Source of the DNA: Gemmataceae bacterium
Lineage (GTDB): Bacteria; Planctomycetota; Planctomycetia; Gemmatales; Gemmataceae
Length of the DNA: 32,000 bases
Direction: 5' to 3'
Assembly: GCA_036557825.1 (NCBI GenBank)
Contig: DATBGU010000075.1
Coordinates: 34,867-66,866, forward strand
Shown here: in pieces, positions 15,569 through 23,453 of the stretch
How the letters are laid out: every line of letters begins with the position of its first letter
Numbering within the stretch: the stretch's first letter is position 1
Notes under the pieces: model-generated
Databases searched by the model: none
Seen by the model: the letters and a program-made list of their open reading frames with translations, nothing else
Told to the model about the DNA's origin: nothing
Position numbers and translations under genes: made by a program

Positions 15569-15803
15569 GGACGATCCCCTCAAGAGGAAGATCGCGGAAT
15601 GCCAGTAGTGTAATACGGATAGGGCGGAATAGCAACGAGGACACGCGGGGAAACCAGGAGGTTTCAAGGTGCTTTCTCGATCTCGATGGCGGCCTTTTGC
15701 TCTTCGGACAGAGAAGCTACGCCGTCCAACGGAGTTGGGGATTATGCATTCCGCAAGAGGATTCGGGGACGCGATGTTGGTTGCGAAGAAGCAGCCGGCC
15801 GAT

Positions 15804-17102
15804 TTAGCGTGCGGAACCGAGTGCCGCCAGGTCGGTTTCGCCCTGGAAAGGGAAGGGAACGGGTCGGCGGCCCGAACTGGATTCTCGGCGGCCCGATACG
15901 CTTTTGAAACCGAAAACAAGACTTGAGACGGCGACCTGGGCAAGACGATGCTGAAAGCTCACCCGAGCCGACGCGGGTTGATAGGACCGAATGGCCTGCT
16001 GATAAACATCGCGCACCCGTGCGATGGAATGGTCCCAGTTCATACCCATGACGGCCGCCCGGGCGGCGCGGCTGATCCGAACGCGGAAATCCTCGTCCGA
16101 CAGGAGCGAGTGAATGGCGTCGATTGCGTCTTGGAGGCTTCGCGCCGCATACAACATGCCGGTATCGCCATGTGAAACGAGGCTAGGGATGCCGCCGGCG
16201 CGAGGGGCGACAACCGGGCAGCCGCAGGCCATCGCCTCCAGGACGACGTTACCCATCGTCTCGGTTTCTGAGGCGTACACGAAAGTGTCCGCGGAGGCGT
16301 AAGCCGCAGCCAACTCCGCGCCCCGAAGATAGCCGATGAAATGGGCGTTCTTGCCGGCGAAGCGACGCTCCAGTTCCGAGCGCTGAGGACCATCGCCAAC
16401 CACCGCGAGCGAGACGCCGGGAAAGTGATCGAGGACATCGGCCAGAAAACCGACGTTCTTCTCGGGCGCTAGGCGCGACACCGTCAGCAGGAGGGGTCGC
16501 TGAGTCGCACCGTTTGTCAGTCGATATCTCATCTCCGTGCTTTGCCGCGCTGGGTTGAATAAATCACCGTCAACCGCGGGAGGCCAAAGTTCGACGCGCC
16601 GGAACCCCCGCTCTGTAAGCTCGTCGCGCATGATGCTCGATACGGTGAGATTGACATCCGCTCGATTGTGGTATTCGCGCATGAACCACCATAACAGATG
16701 GGATAAGGGTTTGAGCAGCTTGTACTGCTTGACGAATTCGCCGTAGAGCGTGTGAAACGAAAACACACTGGGTACGCGCACGTCAGCCCGGCGCAGCGAA
16801 TCATGACAGCGGAACCCGAAAGCGAAGGGGTTGACATAATGCAACACATCGGGAGCGAAATGGTCCAGCACTTTCACCAGCCGTTTATTAGGTAAAGCGA
16901 TACGGTATTCGGGATAAAGGGGAAAGGCGAAGCTGGGAAACTCGACAATGGGTACCGGGCACGCCTTGCTTCCATCCGCCTGAGGACAGATAACCATGAC
17001 GTCGTCGTTGGAGCGAAGCAGCTGATGGATGAGGTTCATCGTCCGATTGACGACTCCGTCCACCTTGGGCAGAAACACCTCGGCGAGAATGGCAATACGC
17101 AT
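15804..17102 (-). CDS. GT4-family (GT-B fold) glycosyltransferase, SqdX / diacylglycerol-glycosyltransferase-like
   Basis: The N-terminus MRIAILAEVFLPKVDGVVNRTMNLI is typical of SqdX/UGDG-like GT4 enzymes. The C-terminal donor domain has LLTVSRLAPEKN...FVYASETETMGNVVLEAMACGCPVVAPRAGG (EX7E-type). ATG at 17102 with GGAGG ~8 nt upstream. Confidence 0.8.
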   Translation of the reverse strand: MRIAILAEVFLPKVDGVVNRTMNLIHQLLRSNDDVMVICPQADGSKACPVPIVEFPSFAFPLYPEYRIALPNKRLVKVLDHFAPDVLHYVNPFAFGFRCHDSLRRADVRVPSVFSFHTLYGEFVKQYKLLKPLSHLLWWFMREYHNRADVNLTVSSIMRDELTERGFRRVELWPPAVDGDLFNPARQSTEMRYRLTNGATQRPLLLTVSRLAPEKNVGFLADVLDHFPGVSLAVVGDGPQRSELERRFAGKNAHFIGYLRGAELAAAYASADTFVYASETETMGNVVLEAMACGCPVVAPRAGGIPSLVSHGDTGMLYAARSLQDAIDAIHSLLSDEDFRVRISRAARAAVMGMNWDHSIARVRDVYQQAIRSYQPASARVSFQHRLAQVAVSSLVFGFKSVSGRRESSSGRRPVPFPFQGETDLAALGSAR

Positions 17103-17193
17103 CTCCAACCTCCCCAATCAAGAAAAAAGCCAAGCGATCATCACTTTCCATGCTCGATTCGTCGCGAAGGCTACCAAGACAATTTGGCGGGGG

Positions 17194-18015
17194 CTACGGT
17201 TTTCGGGACAGGGCGATGACGATCTTGTGGTAATCCTGAATGGGAAAAAAGAACGCATTCAGGAAGGCGCGGATCATCCAGCCCGCCTTGTGCAAACCGA
17301 GAACCTCCAGGAAAGGAGTCAGCCAGCCGCCATAGTAGGCGAACTCCATGAAATCATTGAAGTTGGCAAAATGAAGATTTGGACAAAAAGTCTCGCATTC
17401 ACAAACCTCGAAACCATTCGTCTCCAGAGTGCGAACCACATCATTCTGGTCAGCAGGGTTGCAAATGTGTTCATCAACCTTCAATGTGGAGCTGCCGAAC
17501 AGCCATTTTTTCTGAGGCACCACCTTGGCCTTTCGTTGAAGGTTGGGAAATCCTGCCTTGGTCCCACCCACGAAGGACCAAATGCCGCCACCCACGAGCT
17601 TGCCCCATACCTTCGGCGCCAAAACTCCAAGAGGAACAAACCCCGTGATAAAATGCGTGCAAATCATGTCGAAAGACAGTAACTGAAAATGGTTCTCCAG
17701 ATTGGAGACGTCATCGACGGAGGGCGTCAGGTCGGGGATGCGTCGGCAGGCGACATCGATCATTTTCTGGGAAAGGTCAAGCCCATAGGGGTGGATGCGC
17801 CGCACGGAGTGCGCACGCAATTGCTCGAGGAATCGGCCCGTGCCGACACCTAGATCGAGCACATTCATCGGACCCTCATCGCCGGCATCCAGAGCGAGAC
17901 GCTGGATCTGCTCGAGCGCCCGCTCCAAAGAATCACCGATGACCGAGTGCGGATCGAAATCGTAGCGGGGAGCAATGACTTCATCGTACTGGCGCTGGAT
18001 GACATTGGCCTGCAT
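17194..18015 (-). CDS. Class I SAM-dependent methyltransferase
   Basis: Motif I VLDLGVGTGRFLEQL. Post-I acidic residue in YGLDLSQKM. ATG at 18015 with AAGGA ~10 nt upstream. The substrate cannot be predicted from sequence. Confidence 0.7.
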   Translation of the reverse strand: MQANVIQRQYDEVIAPRYDFDPHSVIGDSLERALEQIQRLALDAGDEGPMNVLDLGVGTGRFLEQLRAHSVRRIHPYGLDLSQKMIDVACRRIPDLTPSVDDVSNLENHFQLLSFDMICTHFITGFVPLGVLAPKVWGKLVGGGIWSFVGGTKAGFPNLQRKAKVVPQKKWLFGSSTLKVDEHICNPADQNDVVRTLETNGFEVCECETFCPNLHFANFNDFMEFAYYGGWLTPFLEVLGLHKAGWMIRAFLNAFFFPIQDYHKIVIALSRKP

Positions 18016-18061
18016 CTGAAGGTATCCTTGTTAAAGTTTAGGTATGCTGTGACCGTAAGCA

Positions 18062-18622
18062 TCATGGATATTGGGTTGACCGTTCGGGTGGCGCGGTGCT
18101 CGGTCGGACAACTAGCCTTTCGCCGCGCCCAAGGGAATGCCGCGCCAACCACTTTTTGTGATCGAACACGAGGTAGTTCAACAACATCGGCACTTCGTAA
18201 ACGGACAGTAGAACGAATAAGATAATGCCTTTTCTGTATTTCTTGTTGAACTCCGTCATGTCCCATTCTCGGACATAAACCTTATGACTCCATGCCTGAA
18301 TCTTATACAACGGGTAGATAGCCAGCGCGTAGACCCAGGCCGGCCATGCGGGCAGCGATATAACAAGGGCGATGACCACCACCAGAAATGCCGCGCTTCC
18401 GACCAGCACTTTCAGAGGAACATTCATAACGAGAATCGCCAGGTGGAGAACCGCGATCCCGAGCAGCGGCCACTCGAAGCCGAACAATCGCTGGACGATG
18501 GCGTACAGACATAGATAGATGCCCATCACAACCGTGATGTGAATGACGTTGATACCAAATTGGGAGTGGCGGCAAAGGTGCCGATCGTACAGTTCCGGAA
18601 AGTTGACTCTGAAAATATTCAT
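18062..18622 (-). CDS. Polytopic membrane protein, DUF962 / Mpo1-like (putative Fe(II) dioxygenase family)
   Basis: About four TM helices. HSQFGINVIHITVV and QAWSHKVYVRE...LLSVYEVPMLL resemble the HHNPxNxxIH and QFxGHxxFE...APxFxxxE motifs of yeast Mpo1/DUF962 (recalled from memory). The ATG at 18620-18622 overlaps the upstream TGA (ATGA), implying translational coupling. Confidence 0.5.
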   Translation of the reverse strand: MNIFRVNFPELYDRHLCRHSQFGINVIHITVVMGIYLCLYAIVQRLFGFEWPLLGIAVLHLAILVMNVPLKVLVGSAAFLVVVIALVISLPAWPAWVYALAIYPLYKIQAWSHKVYVREWDMTEFNKKYRKGIILFVLLSVYEVPMLLNYLVFDHKKWLARHSLGRGERLVVRPSTAPPERSTQYP

Positions 18623-20751
18623 GGTGTCTCCCGTCGATAGGCCTTCCATTTGTCCCGAAAAGATATAGTCGCCATCGTTCGCAAGACGGAAAAAAACAAT
18701 CGGTGAAATGGCTTGTGAAGCGTGGCCGAGATGGCGTCACAAACCTGCTCGATCTCCGCGTGGGTTATCGAAAGGGGAGGGGTGAACTTCAGCACGTTAG
18801 GTTCGTATTGGCAATAGCCCATAAACACGGGGAATGACGCGTTACGGAGCAGGTCGTAGATATAAAACGATGAAGTCTTTCCCTTTAGCCATCGTAGCAG
18901 CCAATTGTTCGTGTTCAGTTCGATGGCGATCAAGAGTCCGAACACGCGCACGTCACGCACCGCCCTGCACGAAGAAAGCCGATCGGACAAGAGCTTGGCG
19001 AATATCCCGCTGGACTCCGATACCGTCTCGGATAGACCGATTTTTTCAGCTCGTGTCAATGTATTTAGAAGGGTCTTGTAGCCGAACTCGTAATCGCAGC
19101 GCCGGCGCAGTGACCGCGGCAAACAAGATCCTATGGCATCGAGCCGTGTCTGAACGGACTCGGAATAAAGCGTCACGGCGAAGGGAAACATCATGTCGGA
19201 GGTGCCCTTCCCGATCGTCAATAGGTCGGGAGAGACACTCATTTTCGCGGACAAGGTGAAGGGGCCGGTCCGATACATCCCGGTCTGCACTTCGTCCACG
19301 AAAAGCAGATAATTCCGCTCGTGCCGGCGCGACTCCAGATGGCGGACAACTCTTTCCGGGATTGCCCGCACGCCTCCGACGGCCTGGATCAATTCCATCT
19401 GCACGATTCCGATCGGGTAGTTTTCCAGGGCATCGTCAAGGGATTGCAAAGCACCCTTCGCAAACGGGTCAACGTAGACCACTTTTTCGTAAAGTGGGCC
19501 TAGGTGTTTCTTGTAGGATTCTCGGGCGGTGCCGGTGAGCGCCAGCAACGTCTTACCGCCGAAGCCGCCCTTTAGAACCAGGACATATTCTTTAGGGTGC
19601 TGGGCCGCCAAGCCGATCCGAAGGGCGTTTTCCACCGCTGAGGCTCCGCTCACCGCGGGAAGCAGATGCTCCAGTCCTGTCAACTCACGAAGCCGCGCGG
19701 ACACAGCTACGTTGGGATCCGCCACATGATGCAAGTCCGCGAGTTCCCCGATGTAGTTTTCGGGATTGTGCCCGCGCACGCTGCAAGCGACTCCCCCCAC
19801 ACCGTCGAAGATCCGCCGACCTTCGGCGATCACGTAATGCCCGGCGGCCTGCACGTTGAGGGTGTCCAGACCCAAAAGCGAAATGGTTTTCCGCAACGAG
19901 GGATTATACAAGTCGCTAAGCAGCGCCTCGCAAATCGCCGGATTCGTGCGAATGCTTTCTAACTCATGCGCTAAACTCGACAAAAAGTCCGGATCATCTT
20001 TTTCCAGACATTTCAGAAAGTGAAGACTGGAAATCGAGTTTGGCTGATAAGTTGTGGAATGAAAGGTAGCGTTTCGAGAGACATTCCAGTAATCGTACAA
20101 GGTTCTTCGGGCCGCAAAGGCTCCGAATGGAACGTGATGATGCGCGAACGACTCGTCGAAAACAACGACATCTGGAGCCAGCCGCTTCCAGAGCGTGGAG
20201 GCCGACCCTCGACAGTGATTCAGGGTGGGACGGTCCACACAGACGATTCGGACGAGCGACTGTCGCTCAATGAATTCCAGAATGTCGCCTACATTCTTGT
20301 ATGACTCCAGGGCGGGCGAGAGGACCAGCACGACGAACCCAAAGCGATCCTCTGGCCCGAAAGCCACGCCGCGCTCAATCTCTTCCCGCTCAAGGACTTT
20401 CAGGCTCGGTACAAACTCGATGCGAGATTCGCCACCGATCGTGACGGAGACGAACGGTCCAAGCTGCCCGTTGCAATCGAGGACGAGGCCTTTCTGCGGT
20501 CGTTTTTCAACGCCCGCGGCATAGCGAGCCAGTTTGATCGCGCCGCTAAGGGCTTCATCGAAGCTATTGGCAAGAAAGCTCTGATAGGGGGGCTTTTCCG
20601 GATTACGAGAGTGCCAGGTCTCCTGGATGTACCGGTTCAGGCAGAAACACGCTTCAACGACGTGCGGGTTCAAATGGAGGCGGAATAGGTTCGGCGTTCG
20701 CCGCGCGACCAGTTCGTCACAGGTGTCCAGGAATGGGTGGCGAGTATTCAT
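18619..20751 (-). CDS. 710-aa class-III (PLP) aminotransferase-family protein. It has an intact C-terminal domain and a degenerate N-terminal ~290-aa half that resembles the same fold.
   Basis: C-terminal domain: AGHYVIAEGRRIFDGVGGVACSVRGHNP, SGASAVENALRIG, LLFVDEVQTGMYRTGPF, LLTIGKGTSDMMFPFA (PLP Lys), VRVFGLLIAIEL, NVLKFTPPLSIT. N-terminal half: LNPHVV.., FLANSFDEALSGAIKLAR (compare F-x-N-S-G-x-E-A-x-E-x-A-x-K-x-A-R), VVVFDESF, HSTTYQPNSISS (compare H-x-x-T-F-x-G-N-P). It has no equivalent Lys segment. Confidence 0.8.
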   Translation of the reverse strand: MNTRHPFLDTCDELVARRTPNLFRLHLNPHVVEACFCLNRYIQETWHSRNPEKPPYQSFLANSFDEALSGAIKLARYAAGVEKRPQKGLVLDCNGQLGPFVSVTIGGESRIEFVPSLKVLEREEIERGVAFGPEDRFGFVVLVLSPALESYKNVGDILEFIERQSLVRIVCVDRPTLNHCRGSASTLWKRLAPDVVVFDESFAHHHVPFGAFAARRTLYDYWNVSRNATFHSTTYQPNSISSLHFLKCLEKDDPDFLSSLAHELESIRTNPAICEALLSDLYNPSLRKTISLLGLDTLNVQAAGHYVIAEGRRIFDGVGGVACSVRGHNPENYIGELADLHHVADPNVAVSARLRELTGLEHLLPAVSGASAVENALRIGLAAQHPKEYVLVLKGGFGGKTLLALTGTARESYKKHLGPLYEKVVYVDPFAKGALQSLDDALENYPIGIVQMELIQAVGGVRAIPERVVRHLESRRHERNYLLFVDEVQTGMYRTGPFTLSAKMSVSPDLLTIGKGTSDMMFPFAVTLYSESVQTRLDAIGSCLPRSLRRRCDYEFGYKTLLNTLTRAEKIGLSETVSESSGIFAKLLSDRLSSCRAVRDVRVFGLLIAIELNTNNWLLRWLKGKTSSFYIYDLLRNASFPVFMGYCQYEPNVLKFTPPLSITHAEIEQVCDAISATLHKPFHRLFFSVLRTMATISFRDKWKAYRRETP

Positions 20752-20757
20752 GACGGT

Positions 20758-22554
20758 TCACATACTGTGTTTTCCGGGATTCATCCGGGCCGCACGAAAA
20801 GTCTGTTTCACATAGGACTCGAAGGCTCGCTTGTGTTTTTTAAGCATAAACAGGTCCACGGATACACAGTCTTGTTCCCGAAAGGGAGAGTTGGGAAACC
20901 CGTCGCGCCGTATGTATCGAACCTGAATTTTGGACAAAGGCAAAGCGTCATGTGTCTTCCAAAACATTGCAAAGTCGTCTTCGGGCAAAAACAGCTCAAC
21001 GTGGTGAGCGAACCGGCGAGTCAGGCCATGGAACAGTGCCGACGTGATCGGATTGGATTCCAGCCGATCCCACAAGCTGCCCAGTCTGTCTCGCGGTAGT
21101 TCTAGGGGCACCGAGTCACCGTCGGGCGGGCTCATGTAATACTGGTATACCCTCACTTCAGTAGAAGCCACCCCGGCTTTGCGTAACTCGATGTTCGCGG
21201 CCCTGTGGTCCTTGAACAAGGCCAGGATCTGCTGGCTCGACGGATTTGCCATCGTCCGCATTATTCTGAAATAGCGTGTTTTGTCTCTGATTTTTAGAGT
21301 GAGTTGTAACAAAAGTACATCGGTCGATAAGTTATACATATAGCGGGCAAAGGTGGGATCCTGTCGAGATGCAACGAAGAATTGATCATCAATTGGATCG
21401 TAGAGACATACTTTTTCAATTGTCTCGGCCAAGGTGCAATACTTACTGGCCGACCCATGAATGGGGATAAAATAGGACGTCCCAATGCTGACGTATGAAT
21501 AATTGGGTACGACATGCAATTCTTTATTATTCGTTGCCAGCAAGCTCATAGCTTCCCGAACGGTGACGCCTCCATCGAACCGGGCAAGGTCATCCCAAAG
21601 TCGAACCCCATGGTTGCAACCTGCGGTTGAGAGAATTGTCTTGCCTGGATGACGCTGGCCAAAATGGGTAACGCCGTTGTTATAGCCAACAATTTTAACA
21701 TGTCGATAATTATATTTGTTGTATAGTACAAGTAGATCTCGAACCGTGGTTGGTCGCAGTGTGTCGAAACTCCACATTCGCATTTCGGGGAACAGTTTAA
21801 CGACTAAGCCAAACAACAGGCCGGCGACCTGTCCCAGCAACAATCGCAGCAAGAGAGTGGTCACTCGGACAACTACTGACAACGGTCGGCCCTCGCTCTT
21901 TTTCGCGAGCAGATGTGTCCACGGCCGATTAGGTCCAAGCAGGGTGAAAACCCGATGTCTTCGGAAGTTTGTGGATTTCAACTCCCCTTCAACAGCCGCG
22001 AACAACTCGTCGCCTTCCACACAGCAACCTTTGAAGCGCTCCGGCACAACCTGTGAGAGGAATCGCAACATCCCAATACGCGCGCTCAATACCGAGCAAG
22101 GGCTGTTGATGGGTGCGGGGCGAAACACCACGACTCGGCCTGGCAACCCTCGCAAGCATTTGACGGCCCATTCTTCGGTTTGTGTCGCACGTCGATCGCC
22201 GAAATGAACACGCAATGAACTGATGAGGCACACACATTCGGCGCTCTTCTTCCTCGCGATCTCGGAGACTGTCTCAAGCAGCTTGCGGTTGCAGGCTGTC
22301 AGCTTGCGGTTCAGAAAAACGACCACACCGGCGAGAGAGTCGCATGAGTGTGTCTCCAGATACTCTGACGAATCAAAATGCTCGATCGGATGCATGTCCA
22401 CAGTTTTATTGATTCCGCCACAAATATCGGAAGTTGTAACCACCGACAGCCGACGCCCCTCCACCCGACTCGCGAATGCGGCGTAATCGGCGATTGCCGG
22501 GTTGTTCGCGCCCGCGATCAGCAGCACTTTGTCCACAGTCTTTCTCCGACTCAA
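20758..22554 (-). CDS. VAO/PCMH-type FAD-binding oxidase-like protein (gulonolactone/arabinonolactone-oxidase-like). It has an N-terminal Rossmann-like region and a central TM helix.
   Basis: FAD_binding_4-like stretch: VKIVGYNNGVTHFG...GKTILST...ARFDGGVTVREAM..LHVVPNYSYVSIGTSYFIPIHGSA. ALO-like C-terminus: SKIQVRYIRRDGF...VDLFML...NPGKHSM. TM segment LLLRLLLGQVAGLLFGLVVKLF. The start is uncertain: TTG at 22554, 3 nt after the upstream stop, or an in-frame GTG a few codons downstream. Confidence 0.65.
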   Translation of the reverse strand: MSRRKTVDKVLLIAGANNPAIADYAAFASRVEGRRLSVVTTSDICGGINKTVDMHPIEHFDSSEYLETHSCDSLAGVVVFLNRKLTACNRKLLETVSEIARKKSAECVCLISSLRVHFGDRRATQTEEWAVKCLRGLPGRVVVFRPAPINSPCSVLSARIGMLRFLSQVVPERFKGCCVEGDELFAAVEGELKSTNFRRHRVFTLLGPNRPWTHLLAKKSEGRPLSVVVRVTTLLLRLLLGQVAGLLFGLVVKLFPEMRMWSFDTLRPTTVRDLLVLYNKYNYRHVKIVGYNNGVTHFGQRHPGKTILSTAGCNHGVRLWDDLARFDGGVTVREAMSLLATNNKELHVVPNYSYVSIGTSYFIPIHGSASKYCTLAETIEKVCLYDPIDDQFFVASRQDPTFARYMYNLSTDVLLLQLTLKIRDKTRYFRIMRTMANPSSQQILALFKDHRAANIELRKAGVASTEVRVYQYYMSPPDGDSVPLELPRDRLGSLWDRLESNPITSALFHGLTRRFAHHVELFLPEDDFAMFWKTHDALPLSKIQVRYIRRDGFPNSPFREQDCVSVDLFMLKKHKRAFESYVKQTFRAARMNPGKHSM

Positions 22555-22557
22555 GAT

Positions 22558-23439
22558 TCAACCAGGGACCGAAAAAACTGGTTGGCCGTAATGGACTTTT
22601 TCATTTGTGCCGAGATGGGTTATCAACCGGTCGGCTGACTGAACGATCAGAATGGCTGTAGAACCGAGTTCAAACGTCGCGATCCAATCTCCTTTTTGTA
22701 CTTGCAAACCCGGGTCATGCTTGAAGCTGGTCATTCTCTGTAGCCGCGGTCGAAAATGCCGACCTCGGGGGAAGGTGATATTGCCGACCCCCCACCCCGC
22801 CACCAATATGAGAAAGCACCTTCCGAGTCTGCTGGACAGGCTCAATATCACTCGCTCATTCAGCGAGAAGACTGGGTACTTTGGCGTATGATACGTTGGG
22901 TGGACGAGCAGTCGATAGCCCGGTACGTGCACGATTGTCTCGATCACTCCGTCTTGAGGGCTAAAAATGCGGTGACAATCGCTGGGCGACAAAAAAATTA
23001 TCGCGTAATGACCATTGTGAATCGGATGCGTGTCTATCCCGGCCAGCAAGGAGCCAACGCTGTACTCGACTCCCTTGACCGTCAGGATTTTTTCTTCCTT
23101 GATCTCGCCCATCTCCTGCACCGTGCCGTCGCACGGGCAGAGGAACTGGTTTGTCAAGGGTGAGATCGGCCTTAGTTCCCGCCGCACACCTCGCGTGAAC
23201 AAGGCGTTGAACGATGGATACGCCCACAGTGGTTGTTCCAGTTCCGACTCGTCCAGGGCGGCGTATTTCCTGCCGTAGATGGTCCGATAGAGCCGAACGC
23301 GCAGTCGCTTGGAGGGGATTCTTACGCGGGACAGCCGGACAGCCAACGCAGCCACGCAGGCGTTCAGAACTCCCCCGTGGATTGCCGACGCTTGTCGGCA
23401 CTGCTCCAGTCGAGTCTCGAAAGCCCGGGCATTCCTCAT
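22558..23439 (-). CDS. psd: Phosphatidylserine-decarboxylase-family pyruvoyl proenzyme
   Basis: Motifs IIFLSPSDCHRIFSPQDG (compare LSPxDYHRxHxP), SLNERVIL, and the self-cleavage site FELGSTAILIV (LGST). ATG at 23439 with AGGAGGGG ~7 nt upstream and 14 nt after the upstream stop. The ORF-track start at 23643 would overlap the GMC gene by 190 nt. Confidence 0.8.
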   Translation of the reverse strand: MRNARAFETRLEQCRQASAIHGGVLNACVAALAVRLSRVRIPSKRLRVRLYRTIYGRKYAALDESELEQPLWAYPSFNALFTRGVRRELRPISPLTNQFLCPCDGTVQEMGEIKEEKILTVKGVEYSVGSLLAGIDTHPIHNGHYAIIFLSPSDCHRIFSPQDGVIETIVHVPGYRLLVHPTYHTPKYPVFSLNERVILSLSSRLGRCFLILVAGWGVGNITFPRGRHFRPRLQRMTSFKHDPGLQVQKGDWIATFELGSTAILIVQSADRLITHLGTNEKVHYGQPVFSVPG

Positions 23440-23453
23440 CGGCTCGTCCCCTC

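Noticed and set aside
15569-15943. A 125-codon N-terminal extension of the kinase ORF
   Set aside because: It overlaps the 3' end of the GT4 gene and has no kinase or signal features. The internal ATG at 15568 gives a clean zinc-ribbon N-terminus (MHLICPTCQG).
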